Of a stretch of 64,000 nucleotides of DNA, positions 62,700-64,000 are shown piece by piece. A program made the position numbers and the translations under genes. The notes under the pieces are model-generated. The model was not told where the DNA came from. It ran no database searches and worked only from the letters and a program-made list of their open reading frames with translations. The DNA comes from Takakia lepidozioides (lineage: Eukaryota > Plantae > Bryophyta): the NCBI GenBank assembly GCA_030704615.1, contig CM060733.1, positions 58,590,001 through 58,654,000 on the forward strand, in the 5' to 3' direction. Numbering within the stretch: the stretch's first letter is position 1; each line of letters starts with the position of its first letter.

Positions 62700-64000
62700 T
62701 CATGTGGCACTGAATGCCACAAACCAACTCCTATGGTAAAAAAATTGCCTTGGAGGATCACAATTTGCGAATGATTTCCACAAATAGAGGCCTGTAAGTG
62801 CCTCTGTCCATCAAATGATGAAAATCTAAGCTTTGAGGGGATTGTATTTTGGAGAGGAGTCAATTTGCGGCAAATGGCATTCTAAAGTGATCTCCAACCG
62901 GACATTGTTAGTACCCATTGTCCCTACAGAGACTGATATCCCTGGCAATAGTCAAGCACCTTAACTTGGTGCTATTTCTCCTTACTTACAAATGCTAGCC
63001 ATAATCCCCTTTGGGCAACAAAAGTCCTCTCCGTCTGCCTTGCTCTCAAGCACTATAAGTCCCTCATTAGATCCAAAAAGAGAGCCTACACTCACAAGCT
63101 CCAATCTTCTTTTCTTGCAAAAGTCAGATCTTCTCCTCGTTCCTTTTGGTCCCTCCTTAAACCTCACAGAGACCCACCTGCGATCCCTGACATTCACGTC
63201 TGGCATGAGTATGCCCAATCTTTGTATCATTCCCCAAACCAAACTCCCTCTCCCATAACCTCTAAACCCCTACACTTCTCCCTCTTTACTACAACCAACG
63301 TCAGCAAGGCAATCAAGAAGCTGCAAAATGGCAGGGCATTGGATATTTCAGGGCTACAGGGTGAATTCATCAAGCACGCAGCACCCACTTTGGCCCCGTT
63401 TATAGCTTACCTCTTCAATGAGGCAGTGCAACATGGCTTTCCAACAGAGTAGACAAAGAGCATCATCCATCCCCTCTTCAAGAGCGGTGACAGGCTCGCA
63501 CCGACCAACTATCGCACAATTATGGTGTCATCGTTATTGGCTAAGCTGTTTGGGGCAGTAGTGGCCATGGAGTTGGATGATTGGGCTGAATCCTCTCACA
63601 TACGGGCTAAGGGACAACCTGGTTTCCGTCGCAACAGATACACTCTTGACCACATCTTCACTCTTCAGGTTATGGTGGAAAGTGCTCGCTTTGACAAAAA
63701 ACTGGTTTACATCTGCTTCATTGACTTTCACAAGGCTTTTGATTCGGGTTCTCGCGAACTTCTTTTCCAAAGGCTCCAGAAGGTGGGAGTCCCTCAACAC
63801 ATTCTCTATGCTATTTCCTCCATGTATGAGATCGTCACTGGCATGGTCAATATCGCAGGGGAATTCTCAGCTGAGGTCCATAGCAACATTGGGGTCAAAC
63901 AGGGCTGCCCCCTCTCGCCTACCCTATTCGGAATCTACATTGACGCCTTGGAAGTCTACATCTCAAAAAACCATGGAGCTGGTGTGCCATTGGATGGAGG
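62700..64000 (+). mobile_element. RTE/RTEX-type LINE reverse transcriptase region (runs off the window)
   Basis: IHPLFKSGD..PTNYRTI, QPGFRR..TLDHIF, CFIDFHKAFDS, GVKQGCPLSPTLFGIYID; one in-frame TAG at ~63450. Confidence 0.9.

Overview
Eukaryotic, repeat-rich land-plant DNA with spliceosomal introns; a non-seed plant is my guess from the element types, not something the sequence proves. Host genes: an intact 5-exon ceQORH-like quinone oxidoreductase (27608-29576, +), a full-size PDR-type ABCG transporter (43980 to beyond 62435, -; first exon not found in the window) and a disrupted PPR gene (~32990-35080, +). The rest is nested transposons: a Copia 3' end with LTR, a 5'-truncated Gypsy chromovirus plus a solo LTR of the same family, a MULE/SWIM gene split into oppositely oriented halves, a pogo-like transposase, hAT and CACTA-like non-autonomous elements, L1 and RTE-type LINE remnants, and a tRNA-derived SINE. 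The standout is an apparently very young ~8.05 kb retroelement at 17924-25973 (-). Two near-identical 1909-bp direct repeats bounded by (GA)n tracts enclose an unrecognised ORF1 (RGG-rich tail, probably spliced to a first exon inside the repeat) and an intact 740-aa Penelope-like (Naiad/Chlamys-type) reverse transcriptase. I see no GIY-YIG endonuclease, RNase H, integrase or recombinase, and the 3' UTR has a bistable hairpin. A second notable pattern is about 25 RTE-type LINE 3' tails (stem-loop plus (ATTTC)n) confined to the ABCG introns.
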